Assembly (NCBI GenBank): GCA_038254115.1
Contig: JBBSGK010000003.1
Span: forward strand, 9,624-73,623
Direction: 5' to 3'
Source of the DNA: Candidatus Levyibacteriota bacterium
Lineage (GTDB): Bacteria > Patescibacteriota > Microgenomatia > Levybacterales > UBA12049
DNA length: 64,000 nucleotides
Position numbers and translations under genes: made by a program. Position 1 is the first letter of the stretch, and each line of letters starts with the position of its first letter. Below, piece after piece: positions 8,162 to 18,672 of the stretch. The notes under the pieces were generated by a model that was not told where the DNA came from, did not search any database, and worked only from the letters and a program-made list of their open reading frames with translations.

Positions 8162-8843
8162 AAATGAGTTTTCTCCTTCTCAACTCTATATTTATTGCAT
8201 CAAGCGTTTCGTCCTCTGTCATATCAGAATTATCCAATTTAAAATATCCCAACTCTTCAGGATTACGGGTCAGTGGACTTTCAGTCCTTTCTGTATCCCG
8301 CTGGTCGCGGCTTTTCAAACTCTCCAGTTCTTCATCCAGATTTTTTTCCGCATTTGCATACTGCTCCATCCTTCGCCTTGCGCGTACCTCCGGACGTGCG
8401 GTTAGGTAGATTTTTAAAGGAGCGTTTGGAAAAACCGTTGTTCCCATATCCCGTCCTTCTGCGACAACAATCATACCTTTATCTATTTCCCTTTTTGCTA
8501 GCTCTAGTTGTTTAGCGGCTAAGCTTTCCCTGACTCTTGGAAAAACTGCAACTACGGATGCGCCACTTGCGGTATCCGGCTCTTTTATTCGCTCCGTTAC
8601 ATCTTTTCCATTAAGTAAAACTTTACCGTCTGTAAACTCAATGCTCAGATCATGCAGAACGGATTCAGCTTCTTTCTCGTTTTCCGGACTTTTTCCACTT
8701 TCAATGCACAAAAGAGCAATACATCTATACATCGCTCCCGTGTACAAATAAAATCCATTTAGTTCTTCAGTAAGTTTTTGAGCAATTGTACCCTTACCTG
8801 AGGCAACAGGTCCATCTATTGCAATAACGAATCCTTTTGACAT
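8154..8843 (-). CDS. cmk: cytidylate kinase
   Basis: P-loop IAIDGPVASGKGT and CMP-kinase-like core; unusual position between adk and map. Confidence 0.85.
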   Translation of the reverse strand: MSKGFVIAIDGPVASGKGTIAQKLTEELNGFYLYTGAMYRCIALLCIESGKSPENEKEAESVLHDLSIEFTDGKVLLNGKDVTERIKEPDTASGASVVAVFPRVRESLAAKQLELAKREIDKGMIVVAEGRDMGTTVFPNAPLKIYLTARPEVRARRRMEQYANAEKNLDEELESLKSRDQRDTERTESPLTRNPEELGYFKLDNSDMTEDETLDAINIELRRRKLIYD

Positions 8844-9388
8844 TATTTTAATTTCCTTATTATCTCTTTGTTAATATTTTCTGGAGCCTGTTCACCGCTT
8901 ATCTCAATCAAAGCTCTTTTATTTTTGTAGTATTCAAGAAGCGGTTTTGTAAATTTATGAAAAATTCCGATTCTTCTTGTAATCGCCTCCGGGGTATCAT
9001 CCGGGCGGGTCTGTTCTTTATTATCATTTCTTCCTTCAATTCTTCGTCTTGCCTCCTCATCTGACACATTTATATACACGACCTTGTCAATACCTGTCGG
9101 GAATGATTCTGCTTGGGAAAGATTACGGGGATATCCGTCAAGAATAAACCCGTTCTGATATTCAGGGCGGCTTAAGTAATCCGTCACTATTTCAAGTGTT
9201 TTATCATCAGGGATAAGATATCCTTTGGTCATTAGCTTTTTTATTTCCTTTCCCAGTGGGGTATCTTCTTGTGCGAGCTGCCGGAAAATATGACCTGTTG
9301 AAAGATATGGAACTTTTAAGGATTCTGAGAGAAGATTTCCTTGAGTCGACTTACCTGATCCTTGTACTCCTAAGAGGATAATCTTCAT
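8843..9388 (-). CDS. adk: adenylate kinase (short form, no zinc LID)
   Basis: MKIILLGVQGSGKSTQ P-loop, YLSTGHIFR, short LID. Confidence 0.9.
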   Translation of the reverse strand: MKIILLGVQGSGKSTQGNLLSESLKVPYLSTGHIFRQLAQEDTPLGKEIKKLMTKGYLIPDDKTLEIVTDYLSRPEYQNGFILDGYPRNLSQAESFPTGIDKVVYINVSDEEARRRIEGRNDNKEQTRPDDTPEAITRRIGIFHKFTKPLLEYYKNKRALIEISGEQAPENINKEIIRKLK

Positions 9389-9389
9389 A

Positions 9390-10679
9390 TTATTTGTTGA
9401 GAAATCCCTCGTAGTTACGCATTACTAGATTTGCTTCAATTGCTTTAAAGGTTTCGAGGACAACGCTGACCACAATTAATATACTAGTGCCCCCAAGAAG
9501 AAGGGTTTGCACACCGGTCAGGACACGCGCAATTGTTGGAAGGATGGCCACCAGACCCAAAAATGACGCTCCAACCAATGTAATTCTGGTTAAAATATAG
9601 TTGAGATATTTTGTGGTTGGAGTGCCCGGTCTGATTCCCGGAATAAATCCACCATGTTTTTGTATCTCCTCAGCTATTTTTTTAGGATTAAAAACAATTG
9701 CTGTATAAAAATAAGTAAACCCAACAACCAAAAGAAAATATAATAAGTTGTAGGGAACTCCCGTAGGACTAAACCAAATATTTACGTTTTGCGCAAAACC
9801 GGACAATACAGGATTGTGGGAGGATCTGAAAAAATTAGCAAGAAGTGACGGCAGAAGAACAATTGAAACAGCAAAGATAATCGGAATCACTCCTGCCTGG
9901 TTTAGTCGGAGCGGAAGATGAGTTGACTCCCCGCCATACATCTTGTTTCCCCGGACCCTTTTGGCATAAAACACTGTAATTTGACGCGTTGCCTCAGTCA
10001 TAACTATAACAGCGGCAATTACCACCAACCCAAGAACTAGAAAAGTGATTGTGTTCACTGTTGTTTCAGGCGTCGCGGTTGAGAGGGTTTGTCCCAAAAG
10101 AACAGGGAAACGGCCTACAATTCCGGCAAAAATCATAAGTGAAATTCCATTCCCAACTCCGCGTTCTGTAATCAGCTCACCCAGCCAAACGAGAAACATA
10201 GTCCCGGCAACCATAGTTACTATAAATGATATAAATGAAACCGGCGCAAGCGTTGTTATAATTCCCTGGGATCTTAAAAGAGCGTACATACCTATTGCCT
10301 GAAGAGAGGCCAGCGGGATTGTCAAAAATCTCGTGTATTGATTAATTTTGCGCTGTCCCGATGCTCCTTCTTTTGAGAGTTCCTCAAGCTTAGGAAATAC
10401 CATCGTTAAAAGCTGAAGTATAATTGAAGCATTTATATACGGGTTAAGCCCAAGCGCCATTATCGAGAAATTGGCAAGAGTTCCGCCTGAAAAGATGTCC
10501 AAAAGCCCCAGAAATTGATTTCCTGCAAAAAGATTTTTCAGCTGAGCTACATTAACACCTGCTACTGGAACGTGCGCCAAGAATCTAAATACCAAAAAAA
10601 TACCAAGAGTGAAAAGAATCTTTTTTCTTATCTCAGGTGACTTAAAGCTGCTACGAAGGGTTTTTATAAAGCTGTCCAT
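9390..10679 (-). CDS. secY: preprotein translocase subunit SecY
   Basis: 429 aa, 10 TM helices, conserved SecY segments ([24 protein letters not shown]). Confidence 0.95.
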   Translation of the reverse strand: MDSFIKTLRSSFKSPEIRKKILFTLGIFLVFRFLAHVPVAGVNVAQLKNLFAGNQFLGLLDIFSGGTLANFSIMALGLNPYINASIILQLLTMVFPKLEELSKEGASGQRKINQYTRFLTIPLASLQAIGMYALLRSQGIITTLAPVSFISFIVTMVAGTMFLVWLGELITERGVGNGISLMIFAGIVGRFPVLLGQTLSTATPETTVNTITFLVLGLVVIAAVIVMTEATRQITVFYAKRVRGNKMYGGESTHLPLRLNQAGVIPIIFAVSIVLLPSLLANFFRSSHNPVLSGFAQNVNIWFSPTGVPYNLLYFLLVVGFTYFYTAIVFNPKKIAEEIQKHGGFIPGIRPGTPTTKYLNYILTRITLVGASFLGLVAILPTIARVLTGVQTLLLGGTSILIVVSVVLETFKAIEANLVMRNYEGFLNK

Positions 10680-10689
10680 GTGAATTTAT

Positions 10690-11127
10690 TTACGCTACAG
10701 TTCCGCCTGCTTTTGTTATTTTCTCACTTGCTCCTTTTGATACCGGAACTTTAACGGTAAGAGGAATCTGCAGCTCCCCCATACCTAATATCTTAACACC
10801 TGATAGGCGAGCTTCGTCAAGCTTTACCAGCTTTGCCTTTGCCAGACTTGCAACATCAACAACAGTATTTTTGGGAAGATTATTTAAAAGACCGACATTG
10901 ATACCTATTAGTCTTCTTTTAAAATGCTTGTTTCTTCCTTTTCCGCGTAAAAACGGAAGCCTCTTGATAAGAGGAAGAGCTCCTCCTTCAAAATCTAATG
11001 GAACATCTCCACGGGCCTTCTGTCCTTTTGTTCCACGTCCTGCTGTTTTTCCGCGTCCTGAGCCATGCCCCAGACCGATCCGTTTCTTCTTTTTAGTTAT
11101 TATTTTTTCAAGATTACTTAAATTCAT
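10690..11127 (-). CDS. rplO: 50S ribosomal protein L15
   Basis: GLGHGSGRGKTAGRGTKGQKARG glycine-rich N-terminus typical of L15. Confidence 0.9.
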   Translation of the reverse strand: MNLSNLEKIITKKKKRIGLGHGSGRGKTAGRGTKGQKARGDVPLDFEGGALPLIKRLPFLRGKGRNKHFKRRLIGINVGLLNNLPKNTVVDVASLAKAKLVKLDEARLSGVKILGMGELQIPLTVKVPVSKGASEKITKAGGTVA

Positions 11128-11143
11128 ATTGATTTGAAATAAA

Positions 11144-11650
11144 TTATCCTTTCATTGCGGATTTTCTATCTTTTTGTTTTTGTCCACGCTCACTTAATCT
11201 CCTTAAAGCTTCAAGAGTTGCATAGATGTTGCTTATTTTGTTTCTTGTGCCAAGAACCTTTGATGAGATGTTCTCAATTCCGGCAGCTGTTACCACGCTT
11301 CTGACAGCCCCACCTGCAATAACACCTGACCCGTGAGGAGCGGGCTTGAGCATAATTCTTGCAGCGCCCAGCTTAATATCGATTCTAAAAGGTATAGTTC
11401 CGTTTACAAGGGGAGCTGAGACCAAATGTTTTTTTGCATAACTTATACCTTTTCTAATTGCTGAAGCAACATCAGGGGCTTTTCCAAGCCCAACGCCGAC
11501 TCTTCCTTTTTTATCACCTACTACAGTAAGAGCTGAGAAACCTACCTTATTTCCGCCTTTTGTTTTTTTAGATACTCTGTTGATTTGCACAATTTGCTCC
11601 TCAAACTCGCTTTGCTGATTGGGCATCCTGTTCATTGACCGTTGTCTCAT
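11144..11650 (-). CDS. rpsE: 30S ribosomal protein S5
   Basis: INRVSKKTKGGNKVGFSALTVVGDKKGRVGVGLGKAPDVASAIRKG; no L30 gene between it and rplO. Confidence 0.95.
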   Translation of the reverse strand: MRQRSMNRMPNQQSEFEEQIVQINRVSKKTKGGNKVGFSALTVVGDKKGRVGVGLGKAPDVASAIRKGISYAKKHLVSAPLVNGTIPFRIDIKLGAARIMLKPAPHGSGVIAGGAVRSVVTAAGIENISSKVLGTRNKISNIYATLEALRRLSERGQKQKDRKSAMKG

Positions 11651-11994
11651 TAGAACTGTAACCCTCCTTCCCTTGCGCCTTCGGCGATTGCTTTAACCCG
11701 TCCGTGGTAAGAAAATCGTCCCTTATCAAAAACCACTTCTTTGATCTTTTTCTCTTTAGCCATTTTTGCAATTTCGGCGCCTAATTTTCTGGCTTTTTCA
11801 ATTGGAGTTGCTTTTTCTTTCCCGGAAATTGCTTTATCTGAAAGCCCGATAAGCGTGTCTCCTGCATTATTAATTATTTGAGCGTAGCAGTAATTGTTTG
11901 AGCGGAATACAGTAAGTCTTGGCCTGGTTGTTACTATACCGATTTTCTTTCTGATTCTTGTTTGTCTTTGAAATTTTTTATCTGAGTTATTCAT
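11650..11994 (-). CDS. rplR: 50S ribosomal protein L18
   Basis: 114 aa, RPRLTVFRSNNYCYAQIINNAGDTLIG...RFSYHGRVKAIAEGAREGGL. Confidence 0.9.
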   Translation of the reverse strand: MNNSDKKFQRQTRIRKKIGIVTTRPRLTVFRSNNYCYAQIINNAGDTLIGLSDKAISGKEKATPIEKARKLGAEIAKMAKEKKIKEVVFDKGRFSYHGRVKAIAEGAREGGLQF

Positions 11995-11996
11995 AG

Positions 11997-12551
11997 TTAT
12001 TTAGTTGCTCCTGCAGCTTTTGCTGCCTTTCCTGCTTTCCTTCTTACATATTCTCCCTGATACTTAATCCCTTTTCCTTTGTATGGCTCAGGAGGCCTTA
12101 CTGCACGGATCTCAGCTGCCATTTCCCCAACCATTGCCTTATCAATTCCCGATACGGATATTACATTGTCCGCAACTGAAAGCTTAATTCCGTCTTTTGG
12201 TGTAAATTTCACGGGATGAGAAAATCCTACCGATAGAACCAAATCCGCCCCCTGCATTTGCGATCTATAACCAACTCCTGCCATTTCAAGCTTTTTCTCA
12301 AATCCGCTGTCCACTCCTTTTATTGCGTTTGCAAGGTTTGCCCTAAACATTCCAAAAAGCGCTCTTATTTTCTTATCCTCACTATTTACAGCAGAGACAG
12401 TTGCAAGTCCTTCACTAAGTGCCACTTGAATACCTTCCGGTAAACTGACTGTTGCCGCTCCTTTTGGACCGTTAACCTGGGCCTGGTGCCCTTGTACCGA
12501 TACATTTACTCCGTTTGCAATCACAATTGGAACTTTACCTACTTTTGACAT
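11997..12551 (-). CDS. rplF: 50S ribosomal protein L6
   Basis: MSKVGKVPIVIANGVNVSV...; start trimmed from ORF-track 12620 to ATG at 12549-12551, so it no longer overlaps rpsH. Confidence 0.9.
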   Translation of the reverse strand: MSKVGKVPIVIANGVNVSVQGHQAQVNGPKGAATVSLPEGIQVALSEGLATVSAVNSEDKKIRALFGMFRANLANAIKGVDSGFEKKLEMAGVGYRSQMQGADLVLSVGFSHPVKFTPKDGIKLSVADNVISVSGIDKAMVGEMAAEIRAVRPPEPYKGKGIKYQGEYVRRKAGKAAKAAGATK

Positions 12552-12552
12552 A

Positions 12553-12933
12553 TTACCAAATCTTAAAAAGAAGTTCGCCTCCGACTCCTTTTTTGATTGC
12601 CTCCTTTCCAGAAAGTACACCTATGTTTGTTGATATTATTGCTGTTGATGCCCTGCCCTGAATTTTTCCAACCTCCGAAGCCCCTATATATTTTCTAAGC
12701 GACGGTTTTGAGATAAGAACGAGATCTGTTATCGCTGGTTTGCGGCTCTGATAGCGGAGTCGTATTCCTAGTAACCTTTTCCCGTCAACAATCTCCTCCT
12801 TTGCTGTTTCCAAAAATCCCTCTTTTATAAGCGCCTTTGCTATCGCTTTATTTAAATTAGCGTAAGGCACCAATATATCTTTTTTGCGGGCCATTGCCGC
12901 ATTTTTTAATTGAATAACAAAATCGTAATACAT
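12553..12933 (-). CDS. rpsH: 30S ribosomal protein S8
   Basis: 126 aa, ...ASEVGKIQGRASTAIISTNIGVLSGKEAIKKGVGGELLFKIW C-terminus typical of S8. Confidence 0.9.
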   Translation of the reverse strand: MYYDFVIQLKNAAMARKKDILVPYANLNKAIAKALIKEGFLETAKEEIVDGKRLLGIRLRYQSRKPAITDLVLISKPSLRKYIGASEVGKIQGRASTAIISTNIGVLSGKEAIKKGVGGELLFKIW

Positions 12934-12948
12934 AATATTTAGCTGTTT

Positions 12949-13134
12949 CTACCAGCTTGCTTTAAGAACACCCGGTAATTCTCCTTTAAGAGCGCGCTCG
13001 CGGAAACAAATCCTGCACAACCCAAACCTACGGAAATATCCTCGGTAACGGCCGCAAATTGCGCATCTATTCACAACCCGCGTTGTGAATTTTTGTTTTT
13101 TTCTTGATTGAACTACATTTGATAATTTAGCCAT
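12949..13134 (-). CDS. rpsZ: 30S ribosomal protein S14 type Z (zinc-binding)
   Basis: 61 aa, [23 protein letters not shown] four-Cys motif. Confidence 0.9.
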   Translation of the reverse strand: MAKLSNVVQSRKKQKFTTRVVNRCAICGRYRGYFRRFGLCRICFRERALKGELPGVLKASW

Positions 13135-13182
13135 ATTTTTTATATTGTACTAGCCTTGAATTATACCACACTTCACGCATAA

Positions 13183-13737
13183 TTACTCTTTCGCTCTTTC
13201 TTTCGTGAATGGCATTCCCATTGCTTCAAGAAGTGCAAGTGATTCATCATTTTTTTTGGCGCTTGTTACGATCACTACTTCCATACCCTGAAGTTTTTCA
13301 ACTGATCCTGGATCAATCTCCGGGAAAACTGAATATTCATAAAGTCCCAGCGTATAATTCCCTGTTTTATCAAAACTTGTTCTCTTAACTCCTCTAAAAT
13401 CTTTTATGCGGGGGAGAACAATCTTGACGACCTTATCATAAAAATCATACATCCGCTCACCTCTTAAAGTAACAACCAGTCCGATTGGATCACCTATTCT
13501 GAGCTTAAAACTCGCAATAGCCTTTTTTGCTTTCGTTATCTTAGCTTTTTGACCTGTGATTTGTGACATGATTGCTGCCATCTTCTCAATATTTTTCTTA
13601 TCAGCAACTGCATCTTTAACCCCCATGTTGACAACAATTTTTGAAATCCTTGGCACACTCATCGGGTTTTTAAGAGTTAACTTTTTTTGTAACTCCGGAA
13701 TTACTTCTTCTTTATATTTTTTTTGTAAATCTGTCAT
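13183..13737 (-). CDS. rplE: 50S ribosomal protein L5
   Basis: MSVPRISKIVVNMGV...GLYEYSVFPEIDP typical L5. Confidence 0.95.
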   Translation of the reverse strand: MTDLQKKYKEEVIPELQKKLTLKNPMSVPRISKIVVNMGVKDAVADKKNIEKMAAIMSQITGQKAKITKAKKAIASFKLRIGDPIGLVVTLRGERMYDFYDKVVKIVLPRIKDFRGVKRTSFDKTGNYTLGLYEYSVFPEIDPGSVEKLQGMEVVIVTSAKKNDESLALLEAMGMPFTKERAKE

Positions 13738-14039
13738 ATTTGTGCGCTACACTTTCTGCATATTCTCACTTTGCTATCTTTCAGCATCTTGTATCCAACG
13801 CGTGTTGGTTTTTTACACTTGGGACACAATAAAGCAATATTGCTCATAGGCAAAGGCTTTGTGATTATGACAATTTCTGACTTCTGCTGCGCCGTTTTTG
13901 CCTTGATATGTCTTTTGTATTGATTGATTCCCTCAACAACTGCCTTACCAGCTTTTGGATAAATTTTCTCAATCTTTCCTGTCTTACCACTATCTTTTCC
14001 TTTAATGATTTTAACTGTATCTCCTTTTATCAATTTCAT
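13734..14039 (-). CDS. rplX: 50S ribosomal protein L24 with C-terminal CxxC...CxxC zinc-ribbon extension
   Basis: KOW motif [20 protein letters not shown]; extra C-terminus [32 protein letters not shown]. Confidence 0.9.
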   Translation of the reverse strand: MKLIKGDTVKIIKGKDSGKTGKIEKIYPKAGKAVVEGINQYKRHIKAKTAQQKSEIVIITKPLPMSNIALLCPKCKKPTRVGYKMLKDSKVRICRKCSAQI

Positions 14040-14410
14040 AGTACCTCCGTTGCCATACTGGCAATCTTTGTAAATCCGCGGTCTTTAACTTCCCTCGCAA
14101 TGGGTCCAAAGATTCTTGTTCCCCTTACATTTTTATCTTTTGGATTATCAATAACAACTGCGGCATTATCTGAAAATCGTATATATGATCCATCTGCCCG
14201 CCTAAACTCTTTTCTTGTTCTCACAATTACCGCCTTTACCATCTCGCTGTCCTTTACCTGGCCATTTGGCGCAGCCTCTTTCACTACGCAATGTATGACG
14301 TCACCGATCCGGGCAAATTTTCTCTTTGAGCCGCCATACATGTGGATAACAATCAATTGCTTTGCTCCGGAATTATCTGCGCTAACTAAAATACTTCTCT
14401 GCTGAATCAT
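14036..14410 (-). CDS. rplN: 50S ribosomal protein L14
   Basis: [23 protein letters not shown]... Confidence 0.95.
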   Translation of the reverse strand: MIQQRSILVSADNSGAKQLIVIHMYGGSKRKFARIGDVIHCVVKEAAPNGQVKDSEMVKAVIVRTRKEFRRADGSYIRFSDNAAVVIDNPKDKNVRGTRIFGPIAREVKDRGFTKIASMATEVL

Positions 14411-14655
14411 GCTTTACCTCCTATTTTTAGAACTTCGATCACTTTAAAGTGCTTATCTTTTGACACAGGCTTTGTCTCCTCAATTCTTACCTGGTCCCCG
14501 GCAACTACAGTCTGTCCATTTATCGCAACTTTGTATTTCTTACTCAGTCTCATTAGCTTCCCATAAAGCTTGTGAGGCGTTCTGCGTACAACTTCAACAA
14601 GTACTGTGTCCTGCATTTTCACTGATACTACTTTTCCAGTTAATACTTTACTCAT
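14407..14655 (-). CDS. rpsQ: 30S ribosomal protein S17
   Basis: 82 aa OB-fold, [29 protein letters not shown]. Confidence 0.9.
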   Translation of the reverse strand: MSKVLTGKVVSVKMQDTVLVEVVRRTPHKLYGKLMRLSKKYKVAINGQTVVAGDQVRIEETKPVSKDKHFKVIEVLKIGGKA

Positions 14656-14975
14656 GCTTTTTTACCTCCTTCTTTGTCCGCTTTATTTTCCACCTTAGAT
14701 TTAGTGGCAGCGGCTGGCTTATCTTTTACTTTGGTTTCTTTTTTTTCATCTTTTTTTACTTCTTTAGCAACCGGCTCTTCAGCTAATTTTTCATTAAGAA
14801 TTGTGCTGATTACAGCAATCTCAACTCTCTTGCTAGTTAGAGAGCTTGTATTTTTAAGCTTGCCCATTTCCTGATCAAGTCTCATTGTCCGCTGTTCTTC
14901 ATGCGCTGCAACCAATTGCTTTCTAAGCTCGGAGGCAGTTTTTGCGTGTAATTCTTTTTTAATTTGTATTTTCAT
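14652..14975 (-). CDS. rpmC: 50S ribosomal protein L29 with C-terminal K/E-rich tail
   Basis: N-terminal 65 aa L29-like (ELHAKTASELRKQLVAAHEEQRTMRL); about 40 extra lysine-rich residues. Confidence 0.8.
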   Translation of the reverse strand: MKIQIKKELHAKTASELRKQLVAAHEEQRTMRLDQEMGKLKNTSSLTSKRVEIAVISTILNEKLAEEPVAKEVKKDEKKETKVKDKPAAATKSKVENKADKEGGKKA

Positions 14976-14976
14976 A

Positions 14977-15390
14977 TTATTGATCTAATTTTGAAACAAA
15001 TCTAGTTTTAACCGGTAATTTGTGAGAGGCCAGTCGCAGGGCCTCTTTGGCAACCTCATGCGTTACTCCTGCAATTTCAAATAACATTCTTCCCGGTCTG
15101 ACTGGTGCTACATACTCATGCGTATCACCTTTTCCGCCTCCCATTCTAACTTCAGCCGGTTTCTTACTAATTGGTTTGTCCGGAAAAATACGGATCCAGA
15201 CTCTTCCTCCTCTTTGGGTGTAATGGGTAATTGCCCGTCTCGCTGCTTCAATTTGCCTTGCTGATATCCATGCCATCTCAAGCGTCTGCAAACCAAAATC
15301 TCCGAAAGAAAGTTTAATGCCTCGGTTTGCAACGCCCTTCATGCTGCCTCTTTGCTGTTTTCTGTATTTTTGTCTTTTTGGTATTAACAT
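14977..15390 (-). CDS. rplP: 50S ribosomal protein L16
   Basis: [15 protein letters not shown]... Confidence 0.95.
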   Translation of the reverse strand: MLIPKRQKYRKQQRGSMKGVANRGIKLSFGDFGLQTLEMAWISARQIEAARRAITHYTQRGGRVWIRIFPDKPISKKPAEVRMGGGKGDTHEYVAPVRPGRMLFEIAGVTHEVAKEALRLASHKLPVKTRFVSKLDQ

Positions 15391-15392
15391 AA

Positions 15393-16037
15393 TTATTTCT
15401 CCTCAGGCTTGTTGATCCAAACCTTAATCCCGATATACCCTTTTTTTGTTAAAGATGGATAGCTTACATAGCTTATATTTTCCCTGATCGTTGAAAGCGG
15501 GACTGTGCCCAGATGAATCTTTTCCCGTCTAGCAATTTCCGATCCTGCAATTCTCCCGGTTAATAAAATCTTGACACCCTTTGCTCCGCTTGACATAACA
15601 CGCTCTGCTGTTGAGGCCAATATTCTCTTATATGGCAATCTTCTGATTAGTTGATCTGAGATATTTATTGCTACAAGATAAGAATCAAGATTTGGATCCT
15701 TAACAGGTTCAACCCGTATATCAAGCTTGGGCAGGCCTGAACCAGCTTTTTGGCTAAAGAATTTTGTAATTGTCTTTTTCAAATCCTCAAGACCTGATCC
15801 GCCGCGCCCGATAACAATTCCGGGGCGAGAAACAAATATAATAACTTTCAAACTATTAATAGAGCGCTCAATTTCAACCTTGGCAATTCCGGCCGGTCTC
15901 AACTTACTCATAAGCATATTACGGAGAGTATAGTCCTGAAATAAAGTTTCCTTGTACTTTTTTTCATCAAACCATCGGCTGCTCCAGCTAAAAACAGTTC
16001 CCAATCTTATGATATGCGGATTAACTTTTTGTCCCAT
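15393..16037 (-). CDS. rpsC: 30S ribosomal protein S3
   Basis: [13 protein letters not shown]... KH domain, [12 protein letters not shown]. Confidence 0.95.
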   Translation of the reverse strand: MGQKVNPHIIRLGTVFSWSSRWFDEKKYKETLFQDYTLRNMLMSKLRPAGIAKVEIERSINSLKVIIFVSRPGIVIGRGGSGLEDLKKTITKFFSQKAGSGLPKLDIRVEPVKDPNLDSYLVAINISDQLIRRLPYKRILASTAERVMSSGAKGVKILLTGRIAGSEIARREKIHLGTVPLSTIRENISYVSYPSLTKKGYIGIKVWINKPEEK

Positions 16038-16477
16038 TATTTTTTACCTCCTTTTGTCGTCTGTTTTTTTACAAATGCTGTCTCTTTTTTATCATCATTT
16101 TTTTGCTTCTTATCATTTGTCTGTGCAACTGAGACCTTTTTAACAGCTTTTTCCTTCAGAACAATTGTTATGTGACTGCTTTTTTTCTTGTATGGGTGGA
16201 CGCGGCCACGAGATGATGGATGAAACCTTTTCAGGGCTTGTCCTTCATTTACCAAAATACTATCAATAATAAGATTGTCACGGTCCAAATTGTTATTCGT
16301 CGTCGCATTGGCAACTGCGCTCTGAAGCGTCTTTGCAAGAGGGCCGGCGGCTCTATTTTGTGTGGCTTCAAGAACAATAAAAGCCTGCTCAATTGAAAGC
16401 TGCCTGATCGCATCCGCAACTAACCGCACTTTTCTTGGACTCATTCTGACTGATTTTGCTATTGCATGTACTTTCAT
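16037..16477 (-). CDS. rplV: 50S ribosomal protein L22 with C-terminal basic extension
   Basis: MKVHAIAKSVRMSPRKVRLVADAIR...; K-rich tail. Confidence 0.9.
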   Translation of the reverse strand: MKVHAIAKSVRMSPRKVRLVADAIRQLSIEQAFIVLEATQNRAAGPLAKTLQSAVANATTNNNLDRDNLIIDSILVNEGQALKRFHPSSRGRVHPYKKKSSHITIVLKEKAVKKVSVAQTNDKKQKNDDKKETAFVKKQTTKGGKK

Positions 16478-16479
16478 AA

Positions 16480-16764
16480 CTAAGTTTTGCTTACCTCACG
16501 CGCTACAACTTTTCCGTGTCCTCTAAATGTCCGTGTTGGCGAAAACTCACCGAGACGGTATCCCACCATATTTTCACTGACAAGCACTTTAATAAAGTTT
16601 TTTCCGTTATGCACCATGAATGTATGCCCAACAAACTCAGGTGGGATCTGGCAAGCCCTTGCCCATGTCTTGATTCCATCACGGTTACTGCCCGCTTTTT
16701 GCATCATGACCTTTTTCATCAATTTTTCGTCTATGTATGGACCTTTTTTTGTACTTCTTCCCAT
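16480..16764 (-). CDS. rpsS: 30S ribosomal protein S19
   Basis: [19 protein letters not shown]...[10 protein letters not shown]...[12 protein letters not shown]. Confidence 0.95.
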   Translation of the reverse strand: MGRSTKKGPYIDEKLMKKVMMQKAGSNRDGIKTWARACQIPPEFVGHTFMVHNGKNFIKVLVSENMVGYRLGEFSPTRTFRGHGKVVAREVSKT

Positions 16765-16765
16765 A

Positions 16766-17521
16766 TTATTTTTGTCCTCTCTTAGTTTTTCTCCTCTTTA
16801 AGATATATTTATCCGAATATTTTTTCTTTTTTCTTGTGTTACCTACTGCTGCGCGTCCTGCAAAAGTTTTGGGCCCCGGCATACCGATACCGGATCTTCC
16901 TTCTCCTCCTCCATGAGGATGAGATCTTGGATTCTGTGCAACTCCCCGGACAGTCGGTCGCCTACCCATATTCCTTGCTCTTCCCGCTTTTCCTATTTGC
17001 TCATTTTTCCAATCTTCATTTCCAAGCTGCCCAACTGATGCAAAACACTCAACCCGAATTTTGCGCATCTCGCCGGATGGCATCTTTAAGTGAACGTAAA
17101 CTCCTTCTTTTGCTGTAACAATTGCTGATGCCCCAGCACTTCTCGCAATTTGCCCTCCTTTACCTGGCGTTAATTCAACATTGTGAACAATAGTACCAAG
17201 GGGCATGTTAGACAAGGGGAGTGAATTGCCCAAAACTGCATCAACCGTCTTACCCGATACTATTATATCATCTTTCTTAAGTCCAACTGGTGCGAGAATA
17301 TAACGCTTGTCCCCATCTGTGTATTGAACAAGAGCAATATCAGATGTTCTATTCGGATCATACTCAATTCCCAAAACTTTCCCGACAATGTCAAATTTAT
17401 CTCTTTTAAAATCAATGCTTCTGATAAATCTCTTGTGCTGACCACCCTGATGCCTGACAGATACTTGTCCGCTTGCGTCGCGTCCTGAATGTTGTTTTTT
17501 AATTGTTTTAAGTCGTTTCAT
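16766..17521 (-). CDS. rplB: 50S ribosomal protein L2
   Basis: ...[31 protein letters not shown] typical L2 C-terminus. Confidence 0.95.
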   Translation of the reverse strand: MKRLKTIKKQHSGRDASGQVSVRHQGGQHKRFIRSIDFKRDKFDIVGKVLGIEYDPNRTSDIALVQYTDGDKRYILAPVGLKKDDIIVSGKTVDAVLGNSLPLSNMPLGTIVHNVELTPGKGGQIARSAGASAIVTAKEGVYVHLKMPSGEMRKIRVECFASVGQLGNEDWKNEQIGKAGRARNMGRRPTVRGVAQNPRSHPHGGGEGRSGIGMPGPKTFAGRAAVGNTRKKKKYSDKYILKRRKTKRGQK

Positions 17522-17533
17522 AAATTTCTAATT

Positions 17534-17851
17534 TTATTTCTTCTTTTTTTTCTTTTCTTCATCAGTTCCTGATTCAAAAAGAGAGATTTTTTCTCCTTTT
17601 CTTAACTGGACTGTTGCTTTCTTTGCTGTTGTCTCGGATACCTCAACTCTTCTTGCCCCAATTCTTTTTCTTTTTCCTTTAATCTTGCTCGTTGTAACGG
17701 ATACAACATTTACCCCAAATGCATCTTTTAATGCCTTTTTAATATCTGTTTTTGTAGCATATGCTGCTACCATAAAAGTAAATTTTACAGGGCCTGAGCT
17801 TTGCATTGATTTCTCGGTTACAACCGGTTTTATAATCACGGTACTGTTCAT
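17534..17851 (-). CDS. rplW: 50S ribosomal protein L23
   Basis: 105 aa, IKPVVTEKSM...FMVAAYATKTDIKKALKDAFGVNVVSV. Confidence 0.85.
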   Translation of the reverse strand: MNSTVIIKPVVTEKSMQSSGPVKFTFMVAAYATKTDIKKALKDAFGVNVVSVTTSKIKGKRKRIGARRVEVSETTAKKATVQLRKGEKISLFESGTDEEKKKKKK

Positions 17852-18672
17852 TTTGTTACTCCTTTTTTCAAAAAATATGTCTCCATTTCAGTAATTGCTT
17901 CTTTAGAAATTAAGAGATTCTTACTGCTTAACACTTCAAGAGCGTTTAATCTAAGAGCCGATGTATTTGTTATGCCTGTCAAATTCCTTGATGCCCGCTT
18001 TGCGTTCTCAAAACTATCAGGCGCAACAACAAGCAGCTTTTTATTTGTTCCCTCAAATGCCAATTTTTCCAAAACAGCAGCAAATTGCTTTGTCTTGGGT
18101 GTAATATTTTCAAGACCTGATAGAACTTTTATTTCTCCATCCATCAACTTCCCAGAAAGAGCTGAAAATAGTGCCTTCCTCTTCATTTTTTTAGGTAAAT
18201 CAAGGCCAAAATCACGTGAACGTGGTCCGTGAACTATTCCCCCTTTAACAAAAATCGGCGCACGTAGTGATCCATGTCTTGCTTTTCCCGTCCCTTTTTG
18301 GCGGTAAATTTTTCTTGTTGATCCATCAACCTCACCCCGGGTTTTGGTATTGGCGTTTCCCTGTCTTTTATTTGCCTGATAAACCCTTACAGCTTGCGCT
18401 AAAAGTTTTTTGTTGACCGTCTCTCCAAAAATTTCTTTGGGAAGAGACACTTTTCCACTAACTTTTCCATCCAGTCCGTAAACACTAACTGTTAGATTGG
18501 CTGTTGTCGTTGGAGCAGTTTTTGGAACAGGCCTTACCGTTTTAACTGCCAATTCTTTTTTTTCAACTTTCCTCACAGGGCTTGCTTTAGCTTTCTTAAC
18601 AACAGGCTTGACTATTCCTGGCTTCTTATTAGCTACGACTTTTTTAACTGATTTTGCTTTAACTGTTGGCAT
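17848..18672 (-). CDS. rplD: 50S ribosomal protein L4 with N-terminal basic extension
   Basis: YRQKGTGKARHGSLRAPIFVKGGIVHGP core; start trimmed from ORF-track 18711 to ATG at 18670-18672, just after rplC. Confidence 0.9.
   Translation of the reverse strand: MPTVKAKSVKKVVANKKPGIVKPVVKKAKASPVRKVEKKELAVKTVRPVPKTAPTTTANLTVSVYGLDGKVSGKVSLPKEIFGETVNKKLLAQAVRVYQANKRQGNANTKTRGEVDGSTRKIYRQKGTGKARHGSLRAPIFVKGGIVHGPRSRDFGLDLPKKMKRKALFSALSGKLMDGEIKVLSGLENITPKTKQFAAVLEKLAFEGTNKKLLVVAPDSFENAKRASRNLTGITNTSALRLNALEVLSSKNLLISKEAITEMETYFLKKGVTK

Noticed and set aside
8037-8515. Plus-strand ORFs overlapping map/cmk
   Set aside because: Antisense to well-supported genes.
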